Source: Planctomycetota bacterium
GTDB taxonomy: Bacteria > Planctomycetota > UBA8108 > SXIK01
Length of the DNA: 64,000 nucleotides
NCBI GenBank assembly: GCA_965223265.1
Contig: OZ244999.1
Coordinates: 5,600,001 to 5,664,000 of the forward strand
Direction of reading: 5' to 3'
Below, one piece after another: positions 49,563-59,621 of this stretch. Numbering within the stretch: position 1 is the first letter of the stretch; every line of letters starts with the position of its first letter. The position numbers were made by a program, and so were the translations under genes. The notes under the pieces were generated by a model. It had not been told where the DNA came from. It searched no databases and saw only the letters and a list, made by a program, of their open reading frames with translations.

Positions 49563-50266
49563 GCCCACGCCCACGTACACGTACCACGGACGGCACATGG
49601 CATGTGCCTGCTACTTTGGAAGACGCTCCCGCTTCGTTCGAACGCAGGAGATTGTGCCCGCCACGGAGGCAGCGGGCGCCACGACGTGATGCTCAGCGAG
49701 TCAGCCCGCCAAGAAGCGCCAGCAGTCGATCGAGCGTCTTGAGAGCGCTCGCGACGTCGTCGTGCTTCAGGTCGCCCCAGGACTGGGCGACGCGCAGCGC
49801 CGTCTCGACCTCGCGCGCGCTGCCGCGCGCTACGCGAAAGAGGTGCTGGCGATCTTTGCCGGCGCGTTCAGCTCCTTCTGAGAGATTGAGCGCCACCGAA
49901 GAAGCAGCGCGCCGAATCTGCCGGTGCAGGTCCGGATCGAGACGCCGAAGCCGCGCTAAAGGAACTCGCAAGTCGCCGATCAAACCGAGGCTGACGTCGA
50001 GAGCGATGAAACGCATAGAAGGCCTCCGAAGGAAGGTGAATCAAGAGCCCGCCGCATCCGGGCGGCGGTACCCCCCAACGCGGCGCGGAGGGACTGTCAA
50101 GAGCGCGAAGCGCCGAGCGCAGCGAGGGCACTCTTGCCAGTCCCGAGCACCGCGCACCATCGACCTAACCGCCGCCGTACGGTTACTCGTGTCATAGCTC
50201 GCACGTAACGCACACGGTCCGGACGGCACACAGGCGTGTGCCTGCTACTTTGGAAGACCCACACGC
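49563..50266 (-). mobile_element. REP-bounded four-helix-bundle cassette, copy 1 (704 bp)
   Basis: Inverted near-identical copy of 62428-63134. Direct repeats CGGACGGCACA..TGTGCCTGCTACTTTGGAAGAC at both ends (about 49587-49624 and 50220-50258). Confidence 0.75.
49693..50016 (-). CDS. Four helix bundle protein (23S IVS/Avd-like family)
   Basis: QIRRAASSVALNLSEG...FRVARGSAREVETAL family signature; GGAGG RBS. Confidence 0.9.
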   Translation of the reverse strand: MRFIALDVSLGLIGDLRVPLARLRRLDPDLHRQIRRAASSVALNLSEGAERAGKDRQHLFRVARGSAREVETALRVAQSWGDLKHDDVASALKTLDRLLALLGGLTR

Positions 50267-50963
50267 ACACGCACACGCACACGCACACGCACACGCACAC
50301 GCACACGCACACGCACACGCACACGCACACGCACACGCACACGCACACGCTCACGCACACGCACACGCACAAGACCGGACGGCACACGGGAGTGTGCCTG
50401 CTACTTTCAGCACACGCACACGCACACGCTCACGCACACACACAAGACCGGACGGCACACGGGAGTGTGCCTGCTACTTTCAGCACACGCACACGCTCAC
50501 GCACACGCAATCGCTCACGCAATCGCACACGCTCACGCACACGCACACGCACACGCACAAGACCGGACGGCACACGGGAGTGTGCCTGCTACTTTCAGCA
50601 CACGCACACGCTCACGCTCACGCTCACGCACACGCTCACGCTCACGCTCACGCTCACGCTCACACACAAGACCGGACGGCACACGGGAGTGTGCCTGCTA
50701 CTTTCAGCACACGCACACGCTCACGCACACGCACACGCTCACGCACAAGACCGGACGGCACACGGGAGTGTGCCTGCTACTTTCAGCACACGCACACGCT
50801 CACGCACACGCACAAGACCGGACGGCACACGGGAGTGTGCCTGCTACTTTCAGCACACGCACACGCACACGCTCACGCTCACGCTCACGCACAAGACCGG
50901 ACGGCACACGGGAGTGTGCCTGCTACTTTCAGCACACGCTCACGCAATCGCTCACGCAATCGC
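50260..50963 (+). repeat. Array of 7 identical 41-bp REP-like units separated by hexamer microsatellite spacers, preceded by a (CACACG)n tract
   Basis: CAAGACCGGACGGCACACGGGAGTGTGCCTGCTACTTTCAG starts at 50370, 50443, 50558, 50667, 50746, 50813 and 50892. Confidence 0.95.
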
Positions 50964-51211
50964 TGTTCTGTAGCGCTCAACCTCGGCGCAGGCCATGCTC
51001 TGGAAGCTGACGCGCTGACAGGAGCCTCGGCCCGCGGCACACTTCTTCGCGCGGCGGGTTCGGGGTGCAGAAGTCTGGTCCGCACACCTTACACCGGAGC
51101 ATCCTCCCGTGAAGCGAGTCCAATGCCCGAGCCGAACCACCCGACAGCGGCCCGTTTCGTGCTATACTGCTGCGTCACCTCCCTCCGCCTTTCCATCGAC
51201 AAGGAGCCCTC

Positions 51212-52192
51212 TTGCGCTCAACGCCACCGACGCACGAACTGGCGGGCGCGACCCTTGCGCAGCAGCTCGAGGCAGTTTGGCAGCTGGCCAAGCCGGCATG
51301 TTCCACTGCCGATGACCCGGACTCGGTGCGCAAGCTCCGCGTCGCAACGCGGCGTGCCCTCGTCAGTTGCCAGGCCTTCAGAGAGCTGTTGCCCGAGAGG
51401 CGCTTGAAGCGCATTCGCAAAGCGCTCAAACGATTGCGGCGCGCAGCCGGGGCGACGCGCGACCTCGACGTCCTCCTCGAGTTCATAGAAAAACGTGCCG
51501 CCAAGACAGACGACGCGCGTTTAGCCGATCTGTGCGCGGCGATCGCGGCGCGCCGCGAAGAGGCTCAACAGGCGCTAACGCAAGAGTACGAACGCCTCGT
51601 GCGCAAAGAGTTTTCGCGCCGGAGCGACCGACTCATCGATTCCATCGAATGGCGCGGCAACGGCGACGAACCAGATCTCGCCTCCATGGCACGCGCTCAC
51701 TTGGCTCCAGCAGCGGCAAGCTTTGTGACACAGGCGCGCGCCGACTTCACCTCCATCGACCAGCTCCACGAGCTGCGCCTACGAGGTAAGCGCCTGCGCT
51801 ACGCCGTCGAACTCTTCGGCGCCTCGCTGCACGAGGCGGCCGCTCAAAAGCTCGATCGACGCCTCAGGAAAACGCAGCGACGGTTAGGTCGGCTCAACGA
51901 TCACGCGACGTCAAGCGCCTTGCTGCGCAGCTGGACCGAAACCGACGATGCGGAAACGCTCGACTTGCTCGAAGCTCTCGCAGTGCGTGAGGAGAAACGG
52001 ACCGGGAAAGCCCAGCGCGACTTCCTCAGCTGGTGGAGCTCTGGACGCGTCGACAAGGTCGAGGCTCTTTGCGACACCCTGTTGAACGCTGTTGACGGCG
52101 CATCCGCGACGCGTGAACGGAGCGGTGGTGACGAGTCCCGGGACGAGGGGGCTGTCGACCCGCCGCGCGAACACGACCGCACGGCTGGCTGA
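51212..52192 (+). CDS. CHAD domain protein
   Basis: RKLRVATRR, GATRDLDV, LHELRLRGKRLRYAVE and LGRLND motifs. Confidence 0.9.
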   Translation: MRSTPPTHELAGATLAQQLEAVWQLAKPACSTADDPDSVRKLRVATRRALVSCQAFRELLPERRLKRIRKALKRLRRAAGATRDLDVLLEFIEKRAAKTDDARLADLCAAIAARREEAQQALTQEYERLVRKEFSRRSDRLIDSIEWRGNGDEPDLASMARAHLAPAAASFVTQARADFTSIDQLHELRLRGKRLRYAVELFGASLHEAAAQKLDRRLRKTQRRLGRLNDHATSSALLRSWTETDDAETLDLLEALAVREEKRTGKAQRDFLSWWSSGRVDKVEALCDTLLNAVDGASATRERSGGDESRDEGAVDPPREHDRTAG

Positions 52193-52210
52193 ACGGTCGC
52201 GCGCTTGGCT

Positions 52211-52440
52211 GCGTGGGCGTGGGCGTGCCAGCCTTCCGCCTCCACCTCCGTCTCTCGGCAGTTCCCGTTTGCGTTTGCGTTTGCGAGTGCGTTTTGCGAG
52301 TGCGAGTGCGAGTGCGTGAGAGTTTGCGAGCGCGTGAGCGTGGGCGTTTGCGTGGGAGAATGCGTGGGCGTTTGCGAGCGCGTGGGCGTGCCAGCACTCT
52401 GTATCTGATCCCGCCTCTGTATCCCTATCCGTATCTGCCT
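52211..52440 (+). repeat. Degenerate hexamer repeats (GCGTGG/GCGTTT/GCGAGT, then CTCTGT/ATCCGT type)
   Basis: Seen directly downstream of the CHAD stop. Confidence 0.85.
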
Positions 52441-52534
52441 TCCATGAGAAGACCAGAAAGTCAAGCGAGGCGACCGTGGTCGCCGCCCGAGCGCAGCGAG
52501 GTCAGTTGTAGGGTGGGCGGCCTGCCCGCGAGCG
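52441..52534 (-). mobile_element. Solo right-end fragment of the IS110/IS1111 element
   Basis: TCTGC-CT-TCCATGAGAAGACCA...GTGGTCGCCGCCCGAGCGCAGCGAGGTCAGTTGTAGGGTGGG...CCCGCGAGCG aligns with 6516-6658, with two internal deletions. Confidence 0.8.
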
Positions 52535-52554
52535 AAGCCGCTCGTTCCATGCTG

Positions 52555-53268
52555 TCAATCGTGACGGCGGCCAAGCAACCCGAGGCGATGAACCCAGTAG
52601 AGGAGCACCAGGAGAGATGAGATGAAGGCCGCAACGTACGTCAAGGCCGCAGCATTCAACACCTTACGAGCCCCTTGAAGTTCTTCATCCGTGGCATAGC
52701 GCCCCTCGGCGAGCGTCACGAGCGCCCGGCGACTTGCATCAAATTCGACCGGCAGCGTCACAAGCGTGAAGAGCGTCACCGTCCCAAAGAGCAATACGCC
52801 GATGATCGACACGATCCTACCCTGCGGAGTTGCAGCTCCGCCCAGTACAGCCGCCGCGATCAAAACAAAAATCGAGATGCCGCTGCCCAAGTTGGCCACT
52901 GGCACCCAGGCCGAACGGAACTTGAGGGGCGCGTAGCCTTGGGCGTGCTGAATCGCGTGCCCCACCTCATGTGCCGCGACGCCGAAGGCCGCCATGCTGG
53001 GGCTGCCGTAGACCGGCTCGCTGAGGCGCAGAGTCTTTGTCCGCGGATCGTAGTGATCGCTCAAGCTGCCGGCAATCGGTTCGACGGTGACGTCGTGAAT
53101 GTTGTTGTCGCGCAGAATATTCTTCGCGATCTGCGCGCCAGTCAAACCGGAGCGAGTTGCGATCTGGCTATACTTGGCAAAGGTGCCTTTCACCATGACA
53201 GAGGCCAGCAGGCTCAACCCGCCGCCAACGGCGATGACTACGAGGTAAAGGGGATCGAAAATCAGCAT
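52555..53268 (-). CDS. Neutral zinc metallopeptidase (YugP-like membrane family)
   Basis: LSDHYDP, AAHEVGHAIQH, TLPVEFDASRRA and AALTYVAA motifs. Confidence 0.92.
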   Translation of the reverse strand: MLIFDPLYLVVIAVGGGLSLLASVMVKGTFAKYSQIATRSGLTGAQIAKNILRDNNIHDVTVEPIAGSLSDHYDPRTKTLRLSEPVYGSPSMAAFGVAAHEVGHAIQHAQGYAPLKFRSAWVPVANLGSGISIFVLIAAAVLGGAATPQGRIVSIIGVLLFGTVTLFTLVTLPVEFDASRRALVTLAEGRYATDEELQGARKVLNAAALTYVAAFISSLLVLLYWVHRLGLLGRRHD

Positions 53269-53569
53269 TTTCCGTTTGGCTCAAGAGGTCTTCGGACCGG
53301 GGTACACTTTGAATCGCTTCTCCAGCGCGCGACTCACAAGTCATTGACGCTGAATCGAACGATTCTCCTAGCGTTATTCTGGGAATACTCCGGCGAATCG
53401 CAAGCGTTTTAGGGCTACTCGGAGTGAGCGTTCCGACGCGCGACGACCCCCTCCGACAGAGGAAGCAGCGCCGCTATGGTCAAGCGGACGGGACGCCCGC
53501 AGCGGCGTAGCGTGTCGCCTGCGCAGCCACTCAGCAATCTGGAGTAGGTGACGAAACGTAACCAGCGCC

Positions 53570-56206
53570 CTACGACCGCGATTCCTCCAGCCGTTTGATG
53601 CGCTTCTCGAGTTCTGCGCTGCGGCGGCGCAGCGCCTCCAACTCCTTCGCGTCTCCATCGCCATCAGCCTTGCGGATGCGGGTGATGGCAACATCGATCG
53701 CAGCGATCGGGTCCCGGAAAAGGTTCCCGGTCTCACGCTTCTTAAGTTGTTGGAGCTCTTCGATCGCACGTTCGTCGCCGAATCCTGCCAACGCCTCGAC
53801 TGCCGCGGCGCGCACGCGTGCCACTTCGTCGGACAGCGCCGCCACCAGCGACTCGTACGCCGCCTCGGTTCCATGCCCTAGGGTTGCAACTCCACTCAAG
53901 GCGGCGACCCGCGCGGGCACGGACGACCCAGTTTTGGCGAGCTGCGCCAAGGTTTCAACGCGCTGCTCTCGCACCTCGTCGCTTTCCGCGTCTCGCTCGG
54001 CGGCGAGCACGCCGATCGCTGCGACGCGGATGACGTCGCGATGGCTACTGCGCGACAGCGCGGCTTCGGCGTCAGCTTGCGCACCTGCCTTCAGGAGCTT
54101 CCCGAGTGCACTCACGGCGTCAGCGACGACGTAGTAAGACGCGTCGTCGTCGACAACGCGGCGAAGAAACGCCGCCACGTCGTCGCGCGAGCCATCGTCC
54201 TCGTCGCTCCCTATCGCGGCGTCGTCATCCTCGCCTAGCACAGCTCCAAGAGCCGTCACACTCGCGCGCCGCACCGCAGCCTTCTCCTCGCTGTCGAAAC
54301 GGGTCATGAGGGCGTGTGCGATGCTGTCACGGCTCACCTCAGCCTCCGCTAAGGCGCGAACAATGGCGCGGCGGACTCCCCAAAAGGCCTCACCTTGAAG
54401 AGCGCGCAGAAGCGCCGCCACGGCCTTCGTGTCGCGCTTGAAAGAAGCGAGTTCGCGCGCTGCTTCGAGTCGACCGAGCATGTCGTCGCAATGCTCGAGT
54501 TGGTAGACCAGCTCCTCCAGGCTCCTCTCGAAGTCGACCTCCTTGAGAATGTAGTCATCCGGGTCGAAACGCACCATCCTCGGTCGTTCAGCGACTGGAA
54601 ACGTGAAAGTCTCTTTGGCCTTGGCGACACGGACGCGGCGATCCACCGTGCCACTCGGCGTGACAATCCGCAGCACGACCGGCATATCGAAAAGCGGCGT
54701 CAGGTCGTCAACCTTTTGCACCTGCTCCACCCTCACTTGCAGCGTCCCTTCGTCTCGATCCCAGCTCTTGCGGATGCGGTAGTGCGGGTGCCCGCCTCCG
54801 TGCATCCATTGGTCAAAGAACCATCGCAGGCTCTGACCCGTCGCCTCCTCGAGAGCGATGCGTACATCGGCGGTCTCGACGCTGCGGAACTCATTGCGCT
54901 TCAGGAAATGGCTCAAGCCTCGATAGAACTCGTCCTCGCCCAGAACATAGCGCAGCATATGAAGAATCCGCGCCCCTTTGGGGTAAGCGTGGCGGTCGAA
55001 GAGATCCGATGGGCTTCGGTAGCGCCGCGACACAAGGCGACGTCGATACTCGCCGCGATCTTCGCGCAGGTAGCGCTCAGCCTGATCGAGGCGATCGTGA
55101 AGGCCTTCGTCCCGGCCGAGATGGTGCTCACGCCAAACATTGGCGAAGAAAGTCGCGAAACTCTCGTTGATCCAGATTTGGCTCCAATCCTTACAGGTGA
55201 CCAGGTTGCCGAACCATTGATGGATCAACTCATGCGCTACGAGATCCATGCTGGTGACGTCGAGCGCAGCGCGTTCGTCGTGCAGCGTTCGCTCGGTCAG
55301 CGTTGTCACCGTCGTGTTCTCCATGCCGCCGAAGGGAAACTCGTGCACACACACCTGGTCGTATCGTGCCCATGGATAGGGGTACTGCAGTTTCTGCTCG
55401 AAGAAATCGAGCATCTGGCGGGTGAGTCCAAAGCTGCGCTCGGCGTGCGCCGCGTAGTGCGGAGCAACATAGCCTCCGATCTCGATTCCGTCGCCAGAAT
55501 CACGCCAATGGGCGAACTTGCCGACGACGACGCTGATCAGATAAGTCGTGTGTGGGCGATCCTGCAGCCAGTGAAAAAGTCGCATCCCGTCGCGCACGGA
55601 CGCCGACTTCACGAGTCGACCATTGGAGATCACCTGAAGATCCTCGTCTGCCGGTACTGAAACCAGCATCTCGGTGGTCAGTTTGTCACTCGGATGGTCA
55701 AAACACGGAATCCAGTGCCGTGCCTCTTCGGCCTCACCTTGCGTCCAAATCTGCTTCGGACGATCGGGATACATCGCGCTCGGTGAAAAGAAGTGAAGTC
55801 CACGGCGTGGCTGAGCTTTGTAGACGATCTTGAGCGAGATCTCTTCGCCCGCGCGCAGCTCGCGGTCAAGCTCCACCTCAATCGATTCGGCAAGCGTCTC
55901 GACACGCAGCCGTTTCGAATCGTCGAGGAAAACCGAGCCTACATCGATGCCAATGCCGTCGAATCGAACGCGACGGACACCGCCTCTGAGGCATCGCAAA
56001 CGATGCACAACGACGCCGTCGACGCTTCTTTCCTGCCAGTTGAACTCACACTCGAGCCGCAAGTGGAGAGCATCGAAGTCGCGCGATGGCGGTTCCTTTC
56101 GGGGACCTTCAAACTTGGCGGATCTCTTGACCTCCGCCTCGCTGGCGTCCACCGCAGCAACTGCCGTCAGCAGGATGAAAAGAAACTGAATCGTGCGTCG
56201 TGCCAT
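53570..56206 (-). CDS. M1 family aminopeptidase with C-terminal HEAT repeats
   Basis: Signal peptide, GGMEN, HELIHQWFG-x-E and YPKGA motifs. Confidence 0.92.
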   Translation of the reverse strand: MARRTIQFLFILLTAVAAVDASEAEVKRSAKFEGPRKEPPSRDFDALHLRLECEFNWQERSVDGVVVHRLRCLRGGVRRVRFDGIGIDVGSVFLDDSKRLRVETLAESIEVELDRELRAGEEISLKIVYKAQPRRGLHFFSPSAMYPDRPKQIWTQGEAEEARHWIPCFDHPSDKLTTEMLVSVPADEDLQVISNGRLVKSASVRDGMRLFHWLQDRPHTTYLISVVVGKFAHWRDSGDGIEIGGYVAPHYAAHAERSFGLTRQMLDFFEQKLQYPYPWARYDQVCVHEFPFGGMENTTVTTLTERTLHDERAALDVTSMDLVAHELIHQWFGNLVTCKDWSQIWINESFATFFANVWREHHLGRDEGLHDRLDQAERYLREDRGEYRRRLVSRRYRSPSDLFDRHAYPKGARILHMLRYVLGEDEFYRGLSHFLKRNEFRSVETADVRIALEEATGQSLRWFFDQWMHGGGHPHYRIRKSWDRDEGTLQVRVEQVQKVDDLTPLFDMPVVLRIVTPSGTVDRRVRVAKAKETFTFPVAERPRMVRFDPDDYILKEVDFERSLEELVYQLEHCDDMLGRLEAARELASFKRDTKAVAALLRALQGEAFWGVRRAIVRALAEAEVSRDSIAHALMTRFDSEEKAAVRRASVTALGAVLGEDDDAAIGSDEDDGSRDDVAAFLRRVVDDDASYYVVADAVSALGKLLKAGAQADAEAALSRSSHRDVIRVAAIGVLAAERDAESDEVREQRVETLAQLAKTGSSVPARVAALSGVATLGHGTEAAYESLVAALSDEVARVRAAAVEALAGFGDERAIEELQQLKKRETGNLFRDPIAAIDVAITRIRKADGDGDAKELEALRRRSAELEKRIKRLEESRS

Positions 56207-56334
56207 AGCGTTCCTTTTGAACTCTCTCACGGACTTGTCGCACCCTTCAGGGTGCACTCCCCCTCTCGGCTCTTCTGCCGCCGATCCACGTGCTCAACTT
56301 AGTTCGCTCGGCACGTTCGTCCTCACACCGTACT

Positions 56335-57828
56335 CTACCGAGGATTCTCCGAGAATCCCTCCTTCGGCAACGACGCAGTCAGCCGTTCGCGCACGTCGTT
56401 CAGAAGCCATTCTGCCTCTCGCTTGCTGCGTATTGAACCACCGGCCCGCGTGCGCCGCCGACCACCCCAGTGAACGACGAGGTCATAGTACAGCTCGCGC
56501 CCGCTTTGCATGCCGACATCGAGTGTTAAGTCGTCAATCTCATCGGCGCGAATGTGGCGAACAGTTCCCAAACCAAGCAGTCGATACTTGATCCTTACGC
56601 CGCTTTCGTCGCACTGCAGGCGTGATGTGCCGAGCCACAGATCAGCGGCGACGAAACTTAACAGCAGACCGAAGAGTCCAAAAACGATCGGGAAGAGAAT
56701 CGGTGCCTCAAGGTAAACCTGCAGAGCGACGGCACCCCACCAAAGGCACGTGAAGAACGTGAGCCCGGTGGCGGCTCCGGGGTTGCGACCCGGCGGGAAA
56801 AAATACTCACGGCAGCCCGGGCGAAGCGAGTCGATCACGACCGTCATGCCAACGGGCGCGCCGTCGATCGCTCCGCCATGGTGCACGTCAAAGGCGAGCT
56901 CATACGGCTTCGCCCATTCTCCGAGCGCGTGCTGCGGCACGCCAAGATCGGAACGTCGAAGCACGTCAGCTTCCGCGGCAGCGAAGACCGGGACTTCGAA
57001 AGAGGTGGCGTAATCGAGGCCGAAGACGCGAGCAGACACCTCGAGTAGCCATACGATGCGGTCATCGGGATCGCCGAGCGACGTCGGCTTGGCATCATCT
57101 TGCAGGGCAAACGAAACAGGAACGCACACGCCGTCGAATTGATGTGCGCTCCGAAGCGGCTCGACCATCTTCTCCTCCTGCCACAAGACTCGCTCGCGGA
57201 CGTGTCCACGATCGGAGCTCCCCCGACAACGAGTCCGCCGCAGGCAGCTCAACCGCAGCACGAACCCGCCACTCGGCTCGATCGACCGACGAATGTGTAC
57301 GAGTCCCTCAAGCCAACTGCCCGGCTGACTCGGCGTCTCAAGCAAGTGAAGTACTGAGTCTCCGAACCGTCGCAGCTGCAGCGTCAACCGTACCGCCCAG
57401 ATCAAAAGTCCGCAGCCGACGAGAGGAAAAATCAGTCCAAGCAAGGCGAGATAGTTCTCTCTGTCAATCACCTCGCGAGGCACCAAGAAAAGCAAGGGCG
57501 ACGAGACAAGGTTCCAGAAGGCTGCGAAAAACCAAGCCAAGCGCCTCTGTGCTCGCAGAGTCGAGTGGACAAACCCTCGCTGCCAGTCGGCGCGTGAATT
57601 CCACGGCACAGTCGTCGACGCGGCATCGATCGACTCCAGCCGTGATCTTCTCCGCAGTCGAAAACTCGGCAGAATAGGTGTCACCGGCGTACGGACCTCG
57701 CGCAATAGAGAGTACCAGGCGAATCGGCGCCGGATTACGGGAACCGAGAACGGGCCGCCATCCATTGCCCCACATCGGTTCTCTATCGACCATTCAAGCA
57801 GCGCCGCTGAACAAGACCTCGACGGCAA
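56335..57828 (-). CDS. Hypothetical membrane protein
   Basis: Two pairs of TM helices (FAAFWNL...FPLVG; FTCLWWG...FGLFG) around a soluble domain. Start is uncertain. Confidence 0.65.
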   Translation of the reverse strand: MPSRSCSAALLEWSIENRCGAMDGGPFSVPVIRRRFAWYSLLREVRTPVTPILPSFRLRRRSRLESIDAASTTVPWNSRADWQRGFVHSTLRAQRRLAWFFAAFWNLVSSPLLFLVPREVIDRENYLALLGLIFPLVGCGLLIWAVRLTLQLRRFGDSVLHLLETPSQPGSWLEGLVHIRRSIEPSGGFVLRLSCLRRTRCRGSSDRGHVRERVLWQEEKMVEPLRSAHQFDGVCVPVSFALQDDAKPTSLGDPDDRIVWLLEVSARVFGLDYATSFEVPVFAAAEADVLRRSDLGVPQHALGEWAKPYELAFDVHHGGAIDGAPVGMTVVIDSLRPGCREYFFPPGRNPGAATGLTFFTCLWWGAVALQVYLEAPILFPIVFGLFGLLLSFVAADLWLGTSRLQCDESGVRIKYRLLGLGTVRHIRADEIDDLTLDVGMQSGRELYYDLVVHWGGRRRTRAGGSIRSKREAEWLLNDVRERLTASLPKEGFSENPR

Positions 57829-57873
57829 CCGAGGACCCGACAGATCCGCATCGTCGCCGCCATGAACTGCTTG

Positions 57874-58587
57874 TCATTCAATGGTGTCGATCAGCCGCGG
57901 TTTGAACGCGAGGGAATCGCAGCTGGCAAGAACGTACTCAACACCGCGCTGCTCACCCTGAAAGACCCGGTCCCACTCGTTCGGCGTGTGCAAATGGCCG
58001 AAGATGCAGTGACTGCAACCAGCTTCCTCGACGATGCGCGTGAACAGGCTTTCAGAGCGACCCATCGGAAACGGTGGATAGTGAAACATCGCAAGGGGAG
58101 GTCGATCACCGTCGTAAATCTCGCGCAAGTGCTCGATGGAGAGTAGCAGCTCGTGCCGTTCTCGCACCAATCGCGTCTCAGTCGACTCAAGCGGCTCAGT
58201 GTCGCGACTACAAAAATCGGCGCCGCGCACACCGATGATGGGGACATCGTCGACAACGACGGCTCGCTTCTTAATGGCGTAGACACCCTCCGGCAGGATC
58301 GTCCGCAGTTTCCCGTGCGAACGCGGCCACCAGTAGTCGTGGTTGCCTTTGATGAGAACCTTGCGGCCCGGCAAAGTCGCGAGCCATTCGAAATCCTTGA
58401 CCACCTCGTTGAGTCGCATCGCCCAAGAAAAGTCACCGGGCAAGAGCACGATGTCGTTCTCATCGACTCGCGAGCGCCACGAGTCTTCGACTTTCAAGTG
58501 GTGATCTTTCCAGTGCTCGCCAAACACATCCATCCACTTGCCGGTCGAAAACCCGAGATGAAGATCGGCAATCGCCCAGACTCTCAT
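57874..58587 (-). CDS. Metallophosphoesterase
   Basis: ADLH, PGDFSW, GNHDYW and GHLH motifs. Confidence 0.92.
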   Translation of the reverse strand: MRVWAIADLHLGFSTGKWMDVFGEHWKDHHLKVEDSWRSRVDENDIVLLPGDFSWAMRLNEVVKDFEWLATLPGRKVLIKGNHDYWWPRSHGKLRTILPEGVYAIKKRAVVVDDVPIIGVRGADFCSRDTEPLESTETRLVRERHELLLSIEHLREIYDGDRPPLAMFHYPPFPMGRSESLFTRIVEEAGCSHCIFGHLHTPNEWDRVFQGEQRGVEYVLASCDSLAFKPRLIDTIE

Positions 58588-58778
58588 TCCGCCTCTCCGT
58601 CCCTGTCTCCACTGCTCGACGAAGCTGCGCGCCGCATGGTGTGACAACCTGACGACGCGAGACAGTGTTCGGCAGCGACCCTTCCCAACTGGAGCCCATA
58701 CTCTATACCATCCGTTGACGACGACTGGTAGACTTCTCTTCGATCGTGAATCACCTGCAAGAGGAGTAGAAGAGCCGC

Positions 58779-59594
58779 ATGCCAAACTCGCCCTCGAAGT
58801 TCGTTGAAAGCGTGAGAAGTGGGCCACTTCTTCTTGGCGTGATTCACTTACCGCCGCTGCCAGGAAGCCCGCGCTACGATGGCGCAGGCCTCAACGCGAT
58901 CGTCGAACGCGCGTGCTCGGATGCGTCAGTTCTCGCCGCATCTGACTTCGACGGTTATGTCGTGGAGAATTTCGGCGATGCACCGTTCTTCCCAGAGCGA
59001 GTTCCACGCCACGTGCTGACGGTGATGACGCGAGTCATCACCTCGCTACCGCGCGATGGAGTGCTCGTCGGTGTCAACGTTCTCCGCAACGACGCCGCCG
59101 GAGCACTCGCGATCGCGGCGGCCTGCGACCTCGACTTTGCGCGCGTCAACGTCCACATCGGCGCAGCCGTCACCGATCAAGGAGTGATCCAGGGACGCGC
59201 TGCAGAGACGATCCGGCTGCGGGAGCAGATCGCGCCGGGAGTCGCGATCCTCGCCGACGTCGACGTCAAACACGCGACGCCGCTCGGATCGCGTTACGAC
59301 ATTGCAGCTGCAGCTAAAGAAACGGTTGCTCGTGGACTTGCAGACGCAGTCGTCGTCACCGGCAAAGCGACTGGCAGCCAAACGTCACTCGGCGATCTGG
59401 AGATCGTCGCTAGCAGCGTGCCGGACACGCCCGTCCTCGCAGGCAGCGGCGTCACGCTTGACACTCTCCCCCAAGTGCTGACGAGTGCCGACGGCGTAAT
59501 CGTTGGCACCGCACTGAAGCATGACTGCGCTGTAGAAGCTGCCATTGACCCTGACCGCGCGCGCGAGTTCGCTCAGATCGCGCACGAGCTCTAA
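58779..59594 (+). CDS. BtpA/SgcQ family protein
   Basis: GVIHLPPLPGSP, ENFGDAPF, GVNVLRND and ADVDVKH motifs. Confidence 0.92.
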   Translation: MPNSPSKFVESVRSGPLLLGVIHLPPLPGSPRYDGAGLNAIVERACSDASVLAASDFDGYVVENFGDAPFFPERVPRHVLTVMTRVITSLPRDGVLVGVNVLRNDAAGALAIAAACDLDFARVNVHIGAAVTDQGVIQGRAAETIRLREQIAPGVAILADVDVKHATPLGSRYDIAAAAKETVARGLADAVVVTGKATGSQTSLGDLEIVASSVPDTPVLAGSGVTLDTLPQVLTSADGVIVGTALKHDCAVEAAIDPDRAREFAQIAHEL

Positions 59595-59621
59595 CCGATG
59601 TCATGCGCCTGAGGCTGTTCA

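Noticed and set aside
50370-50932. Bona fide CRISPR array
   Set aside because: Spacers are low-complexity hexamer runs of 26-74 bp, there are no cas genes or AT-rich leader, and the repeat belongs to the dispersed REP family.
50236-51407. His-rich ORFs (HTHTHT, HAHAHA)
   Set aside because: These are translations of the microsatellite/REP array, open in several frames only because the hexamers lack stops.
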